A stretch of DNA of 64,000 nucleotides from the human T2T-CHM13v2.0 reference genome, Homo sapiens: NCBI RefSeq assembly GCF_009914755.1, contig NC_060933.1. The stretch is one strand, 5' to 3'. This document shows, in pieces, positions 13,200-28,100 of this stretch (its first letter is position 1; each line of letters opens with the position of its first letter). Position numbers and translations under genes: made by a program. A model generated the notes under the pieces. It saw only the letters and a list, made by a program, of their open reading frames with translations. It made no database searches and had not been told where the DNA came from.

Positions 13200-16100
13200 G
13201 AATGCAATGGAATGGAATCAACCCGAGTGCAATAGAATGGAATCGAATGGAATGGAATGTAATGGAATGGATTCAACTTGAATGGAATGGAAAGAATGGA
13301 ATCAACACGAGTGGAATGGCATGGATTGGAATGGAATGGAATGGAATCAACCCGAGTATAGGGGAATGGAATGGAATGCAATGCAATGGAATGGAATCAT
13401 CCGTAATGGAATGGAATGGAATGGAATGGAATGGAATGGAATGCAATGGAATGGAATCAACCCGAGTGCAATGGAATGGAGAGGAATGGAATGGAATGGA
13501 ATGGAAACTACCCGAATGGAATGGAATGTAATGGAGTGTAAAGGAATTGAATAGAATCAATCCGAATGTAATGGAATTGAATGGAACGGAATGGAATGGA
13601 ATGCAATGGAATGGAATGGAATGGATTGCAATGGAATGGAATCAACCCGAGTGCAATCGAATGGAATCGAATGCAATGGAATGCAATGGAATGGATTCAA
13701 CTTGAATGGAAAGGAAACAATGGAATCAACACGAGTGGAATGGCATGGATTGGAATACGAATGGAGTGGAATCAACCCGAGTACAGGGGAATGGAATGGA
13801 ATGGAATGCAATGGAATGGAATCATCCGTAATAGAATGGAAAGGAATGGAATGGAATGGAATGGAATGGAATGTTAGGGAATGGAATCAACTCGATTGCA
13901 ATCGAATGGAATGGAATGGAATTAACCCGAATAGAATGCAATGGAATGGAATGGAACGGAACGGAATGGAATGGAATGGAATGGAATGGAATGGAATGGA
14001 ACGGAACGGAATGGAATGGAATGGAATGGAATGGAATGGAATGGAATCAACGCGAGTGCAGGGGAATGGAATGGAATGGAATGCAATGGAATGGAATCTT
14101 CCGGAATGGAATGGAATGGAATGGAATGGAATGAAATGCAATGGATTCAACACGATTGCAATGGAATGGAATAGAATGGAATGGAATGGAATGGAATGGA
14201 ATTAATCCGAATAGAATGGAATGGAATGGAATGGAACGGAATGGAACGGAATGGAATGGAATGGAATGGAATGGAATAGAACGGAATGGAACGGAATGGA
14301 ATGGAATGGAATGGAATGGAATGGTATGGAATGGAATGGAATGGTACGGAATAGAATGGAATGGAACGAATTGTAATGGAATGGAATTGAATGGAATGGA
14401 ATGGAATGGAATGGAATCAACGCGAGTGCAGGGGAATGTAATGGAATGGAATGCAATGGATTGGAATCATCCGGAATGGAATGGAATGGAATGGAATCAA
14501 CCCGAGTGCAATGGAATGGAGTGGAATGGAATGGAATGGAATGGAACAACCCGAATGGAATGGAATGTAATGGAGAGTAAGGGAGTTGAATAGAATCAAT
14601 CCGAATGTAATGGAATGGAATGCAACGGAATGGAATGGAATGGAATGGAATGGAATGCAACGGAATTGAATCAACCCGAGTACAATGGAATGGAATGGAA
14701 TGGAATGGAATGGAATGGAATGGAATGGAATGGAATGGAATGGAATGATACGGAATAGAATGGAATGGAACGAAATGGAATGGAATGGAATGGAATGCAA
14801 TGGAATGGAATGGAATGGAATGGAATGGAATGGAATCGTTCCGAGTGGAATAGGAGGGAATGTATTCGAGTGGAATGGAAAGGAATGGAATCAACCAGAG
14901 TGGAATGGAAGGGAATGGAATGGAATGGAAACTAATAGAATGGAATCAACCCGAGTGGAATGGAATGGAAAGGACTGGAATGGAATGGAATGGAATGGAA
15001 TCAACTCGATTGTAATGGAATGGAATGGAATGGAATGGAATGGAATGGAATGCAATGGAATGGAACAACCCGAATGGAATGGAATGTAATGGAGAGTAAG
15101 GGAGTTGAATAGAATCAATCCGAATGTAATGGAATGGAATGGAACGGAATGGAATTGAATGGAATGGAATGGAATGGAATCAACCCGAGTGCAATGGAAT
15201 GGAGAGGAATGGAATGGAATGGAATGGAAACTACCCGAATGGAATGGAATGTAATGGAGTGTAAGGGAATTGAATAGAATCAATCCGAATGTAATGGAAT
15301 GGAATGGAACGGAATGGAATGGAATGGAATGGAATGGAATGGAATGGAATGGAATGCAATGGAATGGAATCAACCCGAGTGCAATCGAATGGAATCCAAT
15401 GGAATGGAAGGCAATGGAATGGATTCAACTTGAATGGAATGGAAAGAATGGAATCAAGACTAGTGGAATGGCATGGATTGGAATGGAATGGAATGGAATC
15501 AACCCGAGTACAGGGGAATGGAATGGAATGGAATGCAATGGAATGGAATCATCCGTAATGGAATGGAAAGGAATGGAATGGAATGGAATGGAATGGAATG
15601 GAATGGAATGGAATCAACTCGATTGCAATCGAATGGAATGGAATGGAATTAACCCGAATAGAATGGAATGGAATGGAATGGAACGGAACGGAACGGAACG
15701 GAACGGAGTGGAATGGAATGGAATGGAATTGTATGGAATGGAATGGCATGGTACGGAATAGAATGGAATGGAAACAATTGGAATGGAATGGAATCGAATG
15801 GAATGGAATGGAATGGAATGGAATCAACCCGAGTGCAGGGGAATGTAATGGAACGGAATGCAATGGAATGGAATCATCCGGAATGGAATGGAATGGAATT
15901 GAATGGAATGGAATGGAATGGAATGCAATGGAATGGAATCAACCCGAGTACAATGGAACGGAATGGAATGGAATGTAATGGAATGGAATGGAATGGAATG
16001 GAATGGAATGGAATGGAATCAACCCGAGTGCAATGGAATGGAGAGGAATGGAATGGAATGGAATGGAAACTACCCGAATGGAATGGAATGTAATGGAGTG

Positions 16101-19100
16101 TAAGGGAATTGAATAGAATCAATCCGAATGGAATGGAATGGAATGGAACGGAATGTAATGGAATGGAATGGAATGGAATCAACCCGAATGCAGGGGAATG
16201 GAATGGAATGGAATGGAATGGAATGGAATGGAATGGAATGGAATGGTATGGAATGGAATGGAATGGTACGGAATAGAATAAAATGGAACGAATTGTAATG
16301 GAATGGAATGGAATGGAATGGAATGGAATCAACGCGAGTGCAGGGGAATGTAATGGAACGGAATGCAATGGAATGGAATCATCCGGAATGGAATGGAATG
16401 GAATGCAATGGAATGGAATGGATTGGAATCAACCCGAGTGCAATGGAATGGAGTGAAATGGAATGGAATGGAAACAACCAGAATGGATTGGAATATAATG
16501 GAGTTTAAGGGAATTGAAAAGAATCAATCTGAATGTAATGAAATGGAATGGAACGGAATGGAATGGAATGGAATGCAATGGAATGGAATGCAATGGAATG
16601 GAATCAACCCGAGTGAAATCGAATGGAATCGAATGCAATGGAATGCAATGGAATGGATTCAACTTGAATGGAAAGGAAAGAATGGAATCAACACGAGTGG
16701 AAAGGCATGGATTGGAATGGAATGGAATGGAATCAACCCGAGTACAGGGGAATGGAATGGAATGGAATGTAATGGAATGGAATCATCAGTAATGGAATGG
16801 AAAGGAATGGAAAGGACTGGAATGGAATGGAATGGAATGGAATGGAATGGAATGGAATCAACTCGATTTCAATCGAATGGAATGGAATGGAATTAATCCG
16901 AATAGAATGGAATGGAATGGAATGGAACGGAACGGAACGGAATGGAATGGAATGGAATGGAATGGAACGGAAAGGAATGGAATGGAATGGAATGGAATGG
17001 AATGGAATGGAATGGAATCAACGCGAGTGCAGGGGAATGGAATGGAATCGAATGGAATGGAAAGGAATGGAATGGAATCAACCCGAGTGCAGGGGAATGT
17101 AATGGAACGGAATGCAATGGAATGGAATCATCCGGAATGGAATGGAATGGAATGGAATGGAATCAACCCGAGTGCAATGGAATGGAGTGGAATGGAATGG
17201 AATGGAATGGAACAACCCGAATGGAATGGAATGTAATGGAGAGTAAGGGAGTTGAAAATAATCAATCCGAATGGAATGGAACGGAATGGAATGGAATGGA
17301 ATGGAATGGAATGCAAAGGAATGGAATCAACCCGAGTACAATGGAATGGAATGGAATGGAATGGAACGGAATGGAATGGAATGGAATGGAATGCAATGGA
17401 ATGGAATCTTCCGGAATGGAATGGAATGGAATGGAATGCAATGGATTCAACTCGATTGCAATGGAATGGAATAGAATGGAATGGCGTGGAATGGAATGGA
17501 ATGGAATTAAACCGAATAGAATGGAATGGAATGGAATGGAACGGAACAGAACGGAACGGAACGGAACGGAGTGGAATGGAATGGAATGGAATTGTATGGA
17601 ATGGAATGGAATGGTACGGAATAGAATGGAATGGAAAGAATTGGAATGGAATGGTATCGAATGGAATGGAATGGAATGGAATGGAATCAACCCGAGTGCA
17701 GGGGAATGTAATGGAACGGAATGCAATGGAATGGAATCATCCGTAATGGAATGGAATGGAATGGAATGGAATGGAATCAACCCGAGCGCAATGGAATGGA
17801 GTGGAATGGAATGGAATGGAATGGAACAACCCGAATGGAATGGAATGTAATGGAGAGTAAGGGAGTTGAATAGAATCAATCCGAATGTAATGGAATGGAA
17901 TGGAACGGAATTGAATGGAATGGAATGGAATGGAATGCAATGGAATGGAATCAACCCGAGGTCAATGGAATGGAGAGGAATGGAATGGAATGGAATGGAA
18001 ACTACACGAATGGAATGGAATGTAATGGAGTGTAAGGGAATTGAATAGAATCAATCCGAATGTAATGGAATGGAATGGAACGGATTGGAATGGAATGGAA
18101 TGGAATGGAATGGAATGGAATGCAATGGAATGGAATCAACCCGAGTGCAATCAAATGGAATCGAATGGAATGGAATGCAATGGAATGGATTCAACTTGAA
18201 TGGAATGGAAAGAATGGAATCAACACGAGTGGAATGGCATGGATTGGAATGGAATGGGATGGAATCAACCCGAGTACAGGGGAATGGAATGGAATGGAAT
18301 GCAATGGAATGGAATCATCCGTAATGGAATGGAAAGGAATGGAATGGAATGGAATGGAATGGAATGGAATGGAATGGAATCAACTCGATTGCAATCGAAT
18401 GGAATGGAATGGAATTAACCCGAATAGAATGGAATGGAATGGAATGGAACGGAACGGAATGGAATGGAATGGAATGGAATGGAACGGAAAGGAAGGGAAT
18501 GGAATGGAATAGAATGGAATGGAATGGAATGGAATCAACGCGAGTGCAGGGGAATGGAATGGAATGGAATGCAATGGAATGGAATGTTCCGGAATGGAAT
18601 GGAATGGAATGGAATGGAATGGAATGGAATGGAATCAACCCGAGTGCAATGGAATGGAGTGGAATGGAATGGAATGGAATGGAACAACCCGAATGGAATG
18701 GAATGTAATGGAGAGTAAGGGAGTTGAATAGAATCAATCCGAATGTAATGGAATGGAATGGAACGGAATGGAATTGAATGGAATGGAATGGAATGCAATG
18801 GAATGGAATCAACCCGAGTGCAATGGAATGGAGAGGAATGGAATGCAATGGAATGGAAACTACCCGAATGGAATGGAATGTAATGGAGTGTAAGGGAATT
18901 GAATAGAATCAATCCGAATGTAATGGAATGGAATGGAATGGAACGGAACGGAATGGAATGGAATGGAATGGAATGGAATGGAATGCAATGGAATGGAATC
19001 AACCCGAGTGCAATCAAATGGAATCGAATGGAATGGAATGCAAAGGAATGGATTCAACTTGAATGGAATGGAAAAAATGGAATGAACACGAGTGGAATGG

Positions 19101-22100
19101 CATGGATTGGAATGGAATGGAATGGAATCAACCCGAGTACAGGGGAATGGAATGGAATGGAATGCAATGGAATGGAATCATCCGTAATGGAATGGAAAGG
19201 AATGGAATGGAATGGAATGGAATGGAATGGAATGGAATCAACCCGACTGCAATGGAATGGAGTGGAATGGAATGGAATGGAATGGAACAACCCGAATGGA
19301 ATGGAATGTAATGGAGAGTAAGGGAGTTGAATAGAATCAATCCGAATGTAATGGAATGGAACGGAATATAATGGAATGAAATGGAATGGAATGGAAAGGA
19401 ATGGAATGCAATGGAATGGAATCAACCCGAGTACAATGGAATGGAATGCAATGGAATGGAATGGAATGGAATGGAATGGAATGGAATCCACCCGAGTGCA
19501 AAGGAATGGAGAGGAATGGAATGGAATGGAATGGAAACTACCCGAATGGAATGGAATGTAATCGAGTGTAAGGGAATTGAATAGAATCAATCCGAATGGA
19601 ATGGAATGGAATGGAACGGAATGTAATGTAATGGAATGGAATGGAATCAACCCAAGTGCAGGGGAATGGAATGGAATGGAATGCAATGGAATGGAATCAT
19701 CCGGAATGGAATGTAATGGAATGCAATGGAATGGAATGGAATGGAATCAACCCGAGTGCAATGGAATGGAGTGAAATGGAATGGAATGGAATGGAAACAA
19801 CCAGAATGGATTGGAATATAATGGAGTGTAAGGGAATTGAATAGAATCAATCTGAATGTAATGAAATGGAATGTAACGGAATGGAATGGAATGCAATGGA
19901 ATGGAATGGAATGGAATGCAATGGAATGGAATCAACCCGAGTGCAATCGAATGGAATCGAATGGAATGGAATGCAATGGAATGGATTCAACTTGAATGGA
20001 ATGGAAAGAATGGAATCAACACGAGTGGAATGGCATGGATTGGAATGCAACGGAATGGAATCAACCCGAGTACAAGGGAATGGAATGGAATGGAATGCAA
20101 TGGAATTGAATCATCCGTAATGGAATGGAAAGGAATGGAATGGAATGGAATGGAATGGAATGGAATGGAATGGAATCAACTCGATTGCAATCGAATGGAA
20201 TGGAATGGAATTAACCCGAATAGAATGGAATGGAAAGGAATGGAACGGAACGGAATGGAATGGAATGGAATGGAATGGAATGCAATGGAATGGAAAGGAA
20301 AGGAATGGAATGGAATGGAATGGAATGGAATGGAATGGAATGGAATGGAATGGAATCAACGCGAGTGCAGGGGAATGGAATGGAATGGAATGCAATGGAA
20401 TGTAATCTTCCGGAATGGAATGGAATGGAATGCAATAGATTCAACTCGATTGCAATGGAATGCAATAGAATGGAATAGAATGGAATGGAAAGGAATGGAA
20501 CGGAACAGAATGGAATGGAATGGGATGGAATAGAATGGAATGGAATGGAATGGAACGGAACGGAATGGAATGGAATGGAATGGAATGGAATGGAATGGAA
20601 TGGAATGGAATTGTATGGAATGGAATGGTATGGTACGGAATTGAATGGAATGGAAAGAATTGAAATGGAATGGAATGGAATGGAATGGTATGGAATGGAA
20701 TGGAATGGAATGGAATCAACCCGAGTGCAGGGGAATGAAATGGATCGGAATGCAATGGAATGGAATCATCCGGAATTGAATGGAATGGAATGAAATGGAA
20801 TGGAATCAACCCCAGTGCAATGGAATGGAGTGGAATGGAATGGAATGGAATGGAACAACAGGAATGGAATGGAATGGAATGGAGAGTAAGGGAGTTGAAT
20901 AGAATCAACCCGAAAGTAATGGAATGGAATGGAACGTAATGGAATGGAATGGAATGCAATGGAATGGAATCAACCCGAGTAAAATGGAATAGAATGAAAT
21001 GGAATGGAATGGAATGGAATTGAATGGAATGGAATGGAATGCAATGGAATGCAATCAACCCGAGTGCAATGGAATGGAGAGGAATGGAATGGAATGGAAT
21101 GGAAACTACCCGAATGGAACGAAATGTAATGGAGTGTAAGGGAATTGAAAAGAATCAATCCGAATGTGATGGAATGGAATGGAACGGAATGGAATGGAAT
21201 GGAATGGAATGGAATGGAATGGAATGCAATAGAATGGAATCAACCCGAGTGCAATCGAATGGAATCGAATGGAATGGAATGCAATGGAATGGATTCAACT
21301 TGAATGGAATGGAAAGAATGGAATCAACACGAGTGGAAGGGCATGGATTGGAATGCAATGGAATGGAATCAACCCGAGTACAGGGGAATGGAATGGAATG
21401 GAATGCAATGGAATGGAATCATCCGTAATGGAATGGAAAGGAATGGAATGGAATGGAATGGAATGGAATGGAATGCAATGGAATGGAATCAACACGATTG
21501 CAATCGAATGGAATGGAATGGAATTAACCCGAATAGAATGGAATGGAATGGAATGGAACGGAACGGAATGGAATGGAATGGAATGGAATGGAACGGAAAG
21601 GAATGGAATGGAATGGAAGGAATGGAATGGAATGGAATGGAATCAACGCGAGTGCAGGGGAATGGAATGGAATGGAATGCAATGGAATGGAATGGAATAA
21701 ACCCGAGTGCAATGGAATGGAGTGGAATGGAATGGAATGGAATGGAGCAACCCGAACGGAATGGAATGTAATGGAGAGTAAGGGAGTTGAATAGAATCAA
21801 TCCGAATGTAATGGAATGGAATGGAACGGAATGGAATTGAATGGAATGGAATGGAATGCAATGGAATGGAATCAACCCGAGTGCAATGGAATGGAGAGGA
21901 ATGGAATGGAATGGAATGGAAACTACCCGAATGGAATGGAATGTAATGGAGTGTAAGGGAATTGAATAGAATCAATCCGAATGTAATGGAATGGAATGGA
22001 ACGGAATGGAATGGAATGGAATGGAATGCAATGGAATGGAATGCAATGGAATGGAATCAACCCGAGTGCAATCGAATGGAATCGAATGGAATGGAATGCA

Positions 22101-25100
22101 ATGGAATGGATTCAACTTGAATGGAATGGAAAGAATGGAATCAACACGAGTGGAATGGCATGGATTGGAATGGAATGGAATGGAATGAACCCGAGTACAG
22201 GGGAATGGAATGGAATGGAATGCAATGGAATGGAATCATCCGGAATGGAATGGAATGGAATGGAATGGAATGGAATTGAATGGAATGGAATCAACTCGAT
22301 TGCAATCGAATGGAATGGAATGGAATTAACCCGAATAGAATGGAATGGAATGGAATGGAACGGAACGGAACAGAATGGAATGGAATGGAATGGAATGGAA
22401 TGGAATGGAATGGAACGGAAAGGAATGGAATGGAATGGAATGGAATGGAATGGAATGGAATGGAATCAACGCGAGTGCAGGGGAATGGAATGGAATGGAA
22501 TGCAATGGAATGGAATCTTCCGGAATGGAATGGAATGGAATGGAATGGAATGGAATGGAATAAACCCGAGTGCAATGGAATGGAGTGGAATGGAATGGAA
22601 TGGAATGGAACAGCCCGAATGGAATGGAATGTAATGGAGAGTAAGGGAGTTGAATAGAATCAATCCGAATGTAATGGAATGGAATGGAACGGAATGGAAT
22701 TGAATGGAATGGAATGGAATGCAATGGAATGGAATCAACCCGAGTTCAATGGAATGGATAGGAATGGAATGGAATGGAATGGAAACTACCCGAATGGAAT
22801 GGAATGTAATGGAGTGTAAGGGAATTGAATAGAATCAATCCGAATGTAATGGAATGGAATGGAATGGAATGGAATGCAATGGAATGGAATCAACCCGAGT
22901 GCAATCGAATGGAATCGAATGGAATGGAATGCAATGGAATGGATTCAACTTGAATGGAATGGAATGAATGGAATCAACACGAGTGGAAGGGCATGGATTA
23001 GAATGCAATGGAATGGAATCAACCCGAGTACAGGGGAATGGAATGGAATGGAATGCAATGGAATGGAATCATCCGTAATGGAATGGAAAGGAATGGAATG
23101 GAATGGAATGGAATGGAATGGAATGGAATCAACTCGATTGCAGTCGAATGGAATGGAATGGAATTAACCCGAATAGAATGGAATGGAATGGAATGGAACA
23201 GAACGGAACGGAACGGAACGGAATGGAATGGAATGGAGTGGAATGGAATGGAACGGAAAGGAATGGAATGGAATGGAATGGAAGGGAATGGAACGGAATG
23301 GAATGGAATGGAATCAACGCGAGTGCAGGGGAATGGAATGGAATGGAATGCAATGGAATGGAATCTTCCGGAATGGAATGGAATGGAATGGAATGGAATG
23401 GAATGGAATGGAATAAACCCGAGTGCAATGGAATGGAGTGGAATGGAATGGAATGGAATGGAACAACCCGAATGGAATGGAATGTAATGGAGAGTAAGGG
23501 AGTTGAATAGAATCAATCCGAATGTGATGGAATGGAATGGAAAGGAATCGAGTTGAATGGAATGGAATGGAATGCAATGTAATGGAATCAACCCGAGTGC
23601 AATGGAATGGAGAGGAATGGAATGGAATGGAATGGAAACTACCCGAATGGAATGGAATGTAATGGAGTGTAAGGGAATTGAATAGAATCGATCCGAATGT
23701 AATGGAATGGAATGGAACGGAACGGAATGGAATGGAATGGAATGGAATGGAATGCAATGGAATGGAATCAACCCGAGTGCAATCGAATGGAATCGAATGA
23801 AATGGAATGCAATGGAATGGATTCAACTTGAATGGAATGGAAAGAATGGAATCAACACGAGTGGAAGGGCATGGATTGGAATGCAATGGAATGGAATCAA
23901 CCTGAGTACAGGGGAATGGAATGGAATGGAATGCAATGGAATGGAATCATCCGTAATGGAATGGAAAGGAATGGAATGGAATGGAATGGAATGGAATGGA
24001 ATGGAATGGAATCAACTCGATTTCAATCGAATGGAATGGAATGGAATTAACCCAAATAGAATGGAATGGAATGGAATGGAACGGAACGGAATGGAATGGA
24101 ATGGAATGGAATGGAATGGAATGGAATGGAACACAACGGAACGGAACGGAATGGAATGGAATGGAATGGAATGGAATGGAACGGAACGGAACGGAATGGA
24201 ATGGAATGGAATGGAATGGAATGGAATGGAATGGAATCAACCCGCCTGCAGGGGAATGGAATGGAATGGAATGCAATGGAATGGATTCAACTTGAATGGA
24301 ATGGAAAGAATGGAATCAACACGAGTGGAATGGCATGGATTGGAATGGAATGGAATGGAATGAACCCGAGTACAGGGGAATGGAATGGAATGGAATGCAA
24401 TGGAATGGAATCATCCGGAATGGAATGGAATGGAATGGAATGGAATGGAATGGAATGGAATCAACTCGATTGCAATCGAATGGAATGGAATGGAATTAAC
24501 CCGAATAGAATGGAATGGAATGGAATGGAACGGAACGGAACAGAATGGAATGGAATGGAATGGAATGGAATGGAATGGAATGGAACGGAAAGGAATGGAA
24601 TGGAATGGAATGGAATGGAATGGAATGGAATGGAATCAACGCGAGTACAGGGGAATGGAATGGAATGGAATGCAATGGAATGGAATCTTCCGGAATGGAA
24701 TGGAATGGAATGGAATGGAATGGAATGGAATAAACCCGAGTGCAATGGAATGGAGTGGAATGGAATGGAATGGAATGGAACAGCCCGAATGGAATGGAAT
24801 GTAATGGAGAGTAAGGGAGTTGAATAGAATCAATCCGAATGTAATGGAATGGAATGGAACGGAATGGAATTGAATGGAATGGAATGGAATGCAATGGAAT
24901 GGAATCAACCCGAGTGCAATGGAATGGAGAGGAATGGAATGGAATGGAATGGAAACTACCCGAATGGAATGGAATGTAATGGAGTCTAAGGGAATTGAAT
25001 AGAATCAATCCGAATGTAATGGAATGGAATGGAATGGAATGGAATGCAATGGAATGGAATCAACCCGAGTGCAATCGAATGGAATCGAATGGAATGGAAT

Positions 25101-28100
25101 GCAATGGAATGGATTCAACTTGAATGGAATGGAAAGAATGGAATCAACACGAGTGGAAGGGCATGGATTAGAATGCAATGGAATGGAATCAACCCGAGTA
25201 CAGGGGAATGGAATGGAATGGAATGCAATGGAATGGAATCAACACGATTGCAATCGAATGGAATGGAATGGAATTAACCCGAATAGAATGGAATGGAATG
25301 GAATGGAACGGAACGGAATTGAATGGAATGGAATCAACCCGAGTGCAGGGGAATGGAATGGAATGGAATGCAATGGAATGGAATCATCCGGAATGGAATG
25401 GAATGGAATGGAATGCAAAGCAATGGAATCAACTCGATTGCAATGGAATGGAATTGAATGGAAAGGAATACATTGGAATCAACCCGAGTGGAATGGAATG
25501 GAAAGGACTGGAATGGAGTGGAATGTAATGGAATGGAATGGAATGGAATCAACTCGTTTGGAATGGAATGGAATGGAATGGAATGGAATGGAATTAACCC
25601 GAATAGAATGGAATGGAATGGAATGGAACGGAACGGAACGAAATGGAATGGAATGGAATGGAATGGAATGGAATGGAATGGAATCAACCCGACTGCAGGG
25701 GAATGGAATGGAATGGAATGCAATGGAATGGATTCAACTTGAATGGAATGGAAAGAATGGAATCAACACGAGTGGAATGGCATGGATTGGAATGGAATGG
25801 AATGGAATCAACCCGAGTACAGGGGAATGGAATGGAATGGAATGCAATGGAATGGAATCATCCGTAATGGAATGGAAAGGAATGGAATGGAATGGAATGG
25901 AATGGAATGGAATCAACTCGATTGCAGTCGAATGGAATGGAATGGAATTAACCCGAATAGAATGGAATGGAATGGAATGGAACGGAACGGAACGGAACGG
26001 AACGGAATGGAATGGAATGGAATGGAATGGAACGGAATGGAATGGAATGGAACGGAAAGGAATGGAATGGAATGGAATGGAATGGAATGGAATGGAATGG
26101 AATCAACGCGAGTGCAGGGGAATGGAATGGAATGGAATGGAATTGAATGGAATGGAATCAATGCGAGTGCAGGGGAATGGAATGGAATGGAATGCAATGG
26201 AATGGAATCTTCCTGAATGGAATGGAATGGAATGGAATGGAATGGAATGGAATAAACCCGAGTGCAATGGAATGGAGTGGAATGGAATGGAATGGAATGG
26301 AACAACCCGAATGGAATTGAATGTAATGGAGAGTAAGGGAGTTGAATAGAATCAATCCGAATGTAATGGAATGGAATGGAAAGGAATCGAGTTGAATGGA
26401 ATGGAATGGAATGCAATGGAATGGAATCAACCCGAGTGCAATGGAATGGAGAGGAATGGAATGGAATGGAATGGAAACTACCCGAATGGAATGGAATGTA
26501 ATGGAGTGTAAGGGAATTGAATAGAATCAATCCGAATGTAATGGAATGGAATGGAACGGAATGGAATGGAATGGAATGGAATGGAATGGAATGCAATGGA
26601 ATGGAATCAACCCGAGTGCAATCGAATGGAATCGAATGGAATGGAATGCAATGGAATGGATTCAACTTGAATGGAATGGAAAGAATGGAATCAACACGAG
26701 TGGAAGGGCATGGATTGGAATGCAATGGAATGGAATCAACCTGAGTACAGGGGAATGGAATGGAATGGAATGCAATGGAATGGAATCATCCGTAATGGAA
26801 TGGAAAGGAATGGAATGGAATGGAATGGAATGGAATGGAATGGAATGGAATCAACTCGATTGCAATCGAATGGAATGGAATGGAATTAACCCAAATAGAA
26901 TGGAATGGAATGGAATGGAACGGAACGGAATGGAATGGAATGGAATGGAATGGAATGGAATGGAATGGAACGGAACGGAACGGAATGGAATGGAATGGAA
27001 TGGAATGGAATGGAATGGAATGGAATCAACGCGAGTGCAGGGGAATGGATTGGAATGGAATGCAATGGAATGGAATCTTCCGGAATGGAATGGAATGGAA
27101 TGGAATGGAATGGAATGGAATGGAATCAACCCGAGTGCAATGGAATGGAGTGGAATGGAATGGAATGGAATGGAACAACCCGAATGGAATGGAATGTAAT
27201 GGAGAGTAATGGAGTTGAATAGAATCAATCCGAATGTAATGGAATGGAATGGAACGGAATGGAATTGAATGGAATGGAATGGAATGCAATGGAATGGAAT
27301 CAACCCGAGTTCAATGGAATGGAGAGGAATGGAATGGAATGGAATGGAAATTACCCTAATGGAATGTAATGTAATGGAGTGTAAGGGAATTGAATAGAAT
27401 CAATCCGAATGTAATGGAATGGAATGGAACAGAATGGAATGGAATGGAATGGAATGGAATGGAATGGAATGCAATGGAATGGAATCACCCCGAGTGCAAT
27501 CGAATGGAATCGAATGGAATGGAATGCAATGGAATGGATTCAACTTGAATGGAATGGAAAGAATGGAATCAACACGAGTGGAATGGCATGGATTGGAATG
27601 GAATGGAATGGAATCAACCCGAGTAAGGGGAATGGAATGGAATGGAATGCAATGGAATGGAATCATCCGTAATGGAATGGAAAGGAATGGAATGGAATGG
27701 AATGGAATGGAATGGAATGGAATGGAATCAACCCGAGTGCAGGGGAATGGAATGGAATGCAATGGAATGGAATGGAATGGAATGGAGTGGAATGGAATGG
27801 AATCAACCCGAGTGCAGGGGAATGGAATGGAATGGAATGCAATGGAATGGAATCATCCGGAATGGAATGGAATGGAATGGAATGCAAAGCAATGGAATCA
27901 ACTCGATTGCAATGGAATGGAATGGAATAGAAAGGAATACATTGGAATCAACCCGAGTTGAATGGAATGGAAAGGACTGGAATGGAGTGGAATGGAATGG
28001 AATGCAATGGAATGGAATGGAATGGAATCAACTTGATTGGAATGGAATGGAATGGAATGGAATGGAATGGAATGGAATGGAATCAACCCGACTGCAGGGG

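Larger units (their letters stand above)
1..13200 (+). repeat. Large direct duplication, copy 1 (left end lies outside the window)
   Basis: Colinear with 29826-42745. Shared private markers include AGGCTTCACCCCG (3481/33066), GGAAAAAAACG (5281/34851), AAAGGATACAAC (~5783/~35339), GGAGTCTAATGG (~13039/~42590). The ORF track gives identical translations, e.g. 164..466 = 29974..30276 and 4177..4524 = 33752..34099. Confidence 0.95.
270..13200 (+). repeat. HSat3 sub-domain A, copy 1
   Basis: Characteristic motifs: AAACCTAGTGC, CAACCCAAATGGAATGGAAAGC, GAACCCGTGTGC, TAACCTGAACAG, TGAATACAATCAA, CATTCCGAGTGGAATAGAAGGGAATGAATTCGAG, AACTAATAAAA. These are essentially absent from 13.2-30 kb. Boundaries approximate. 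Confidence 0.8.
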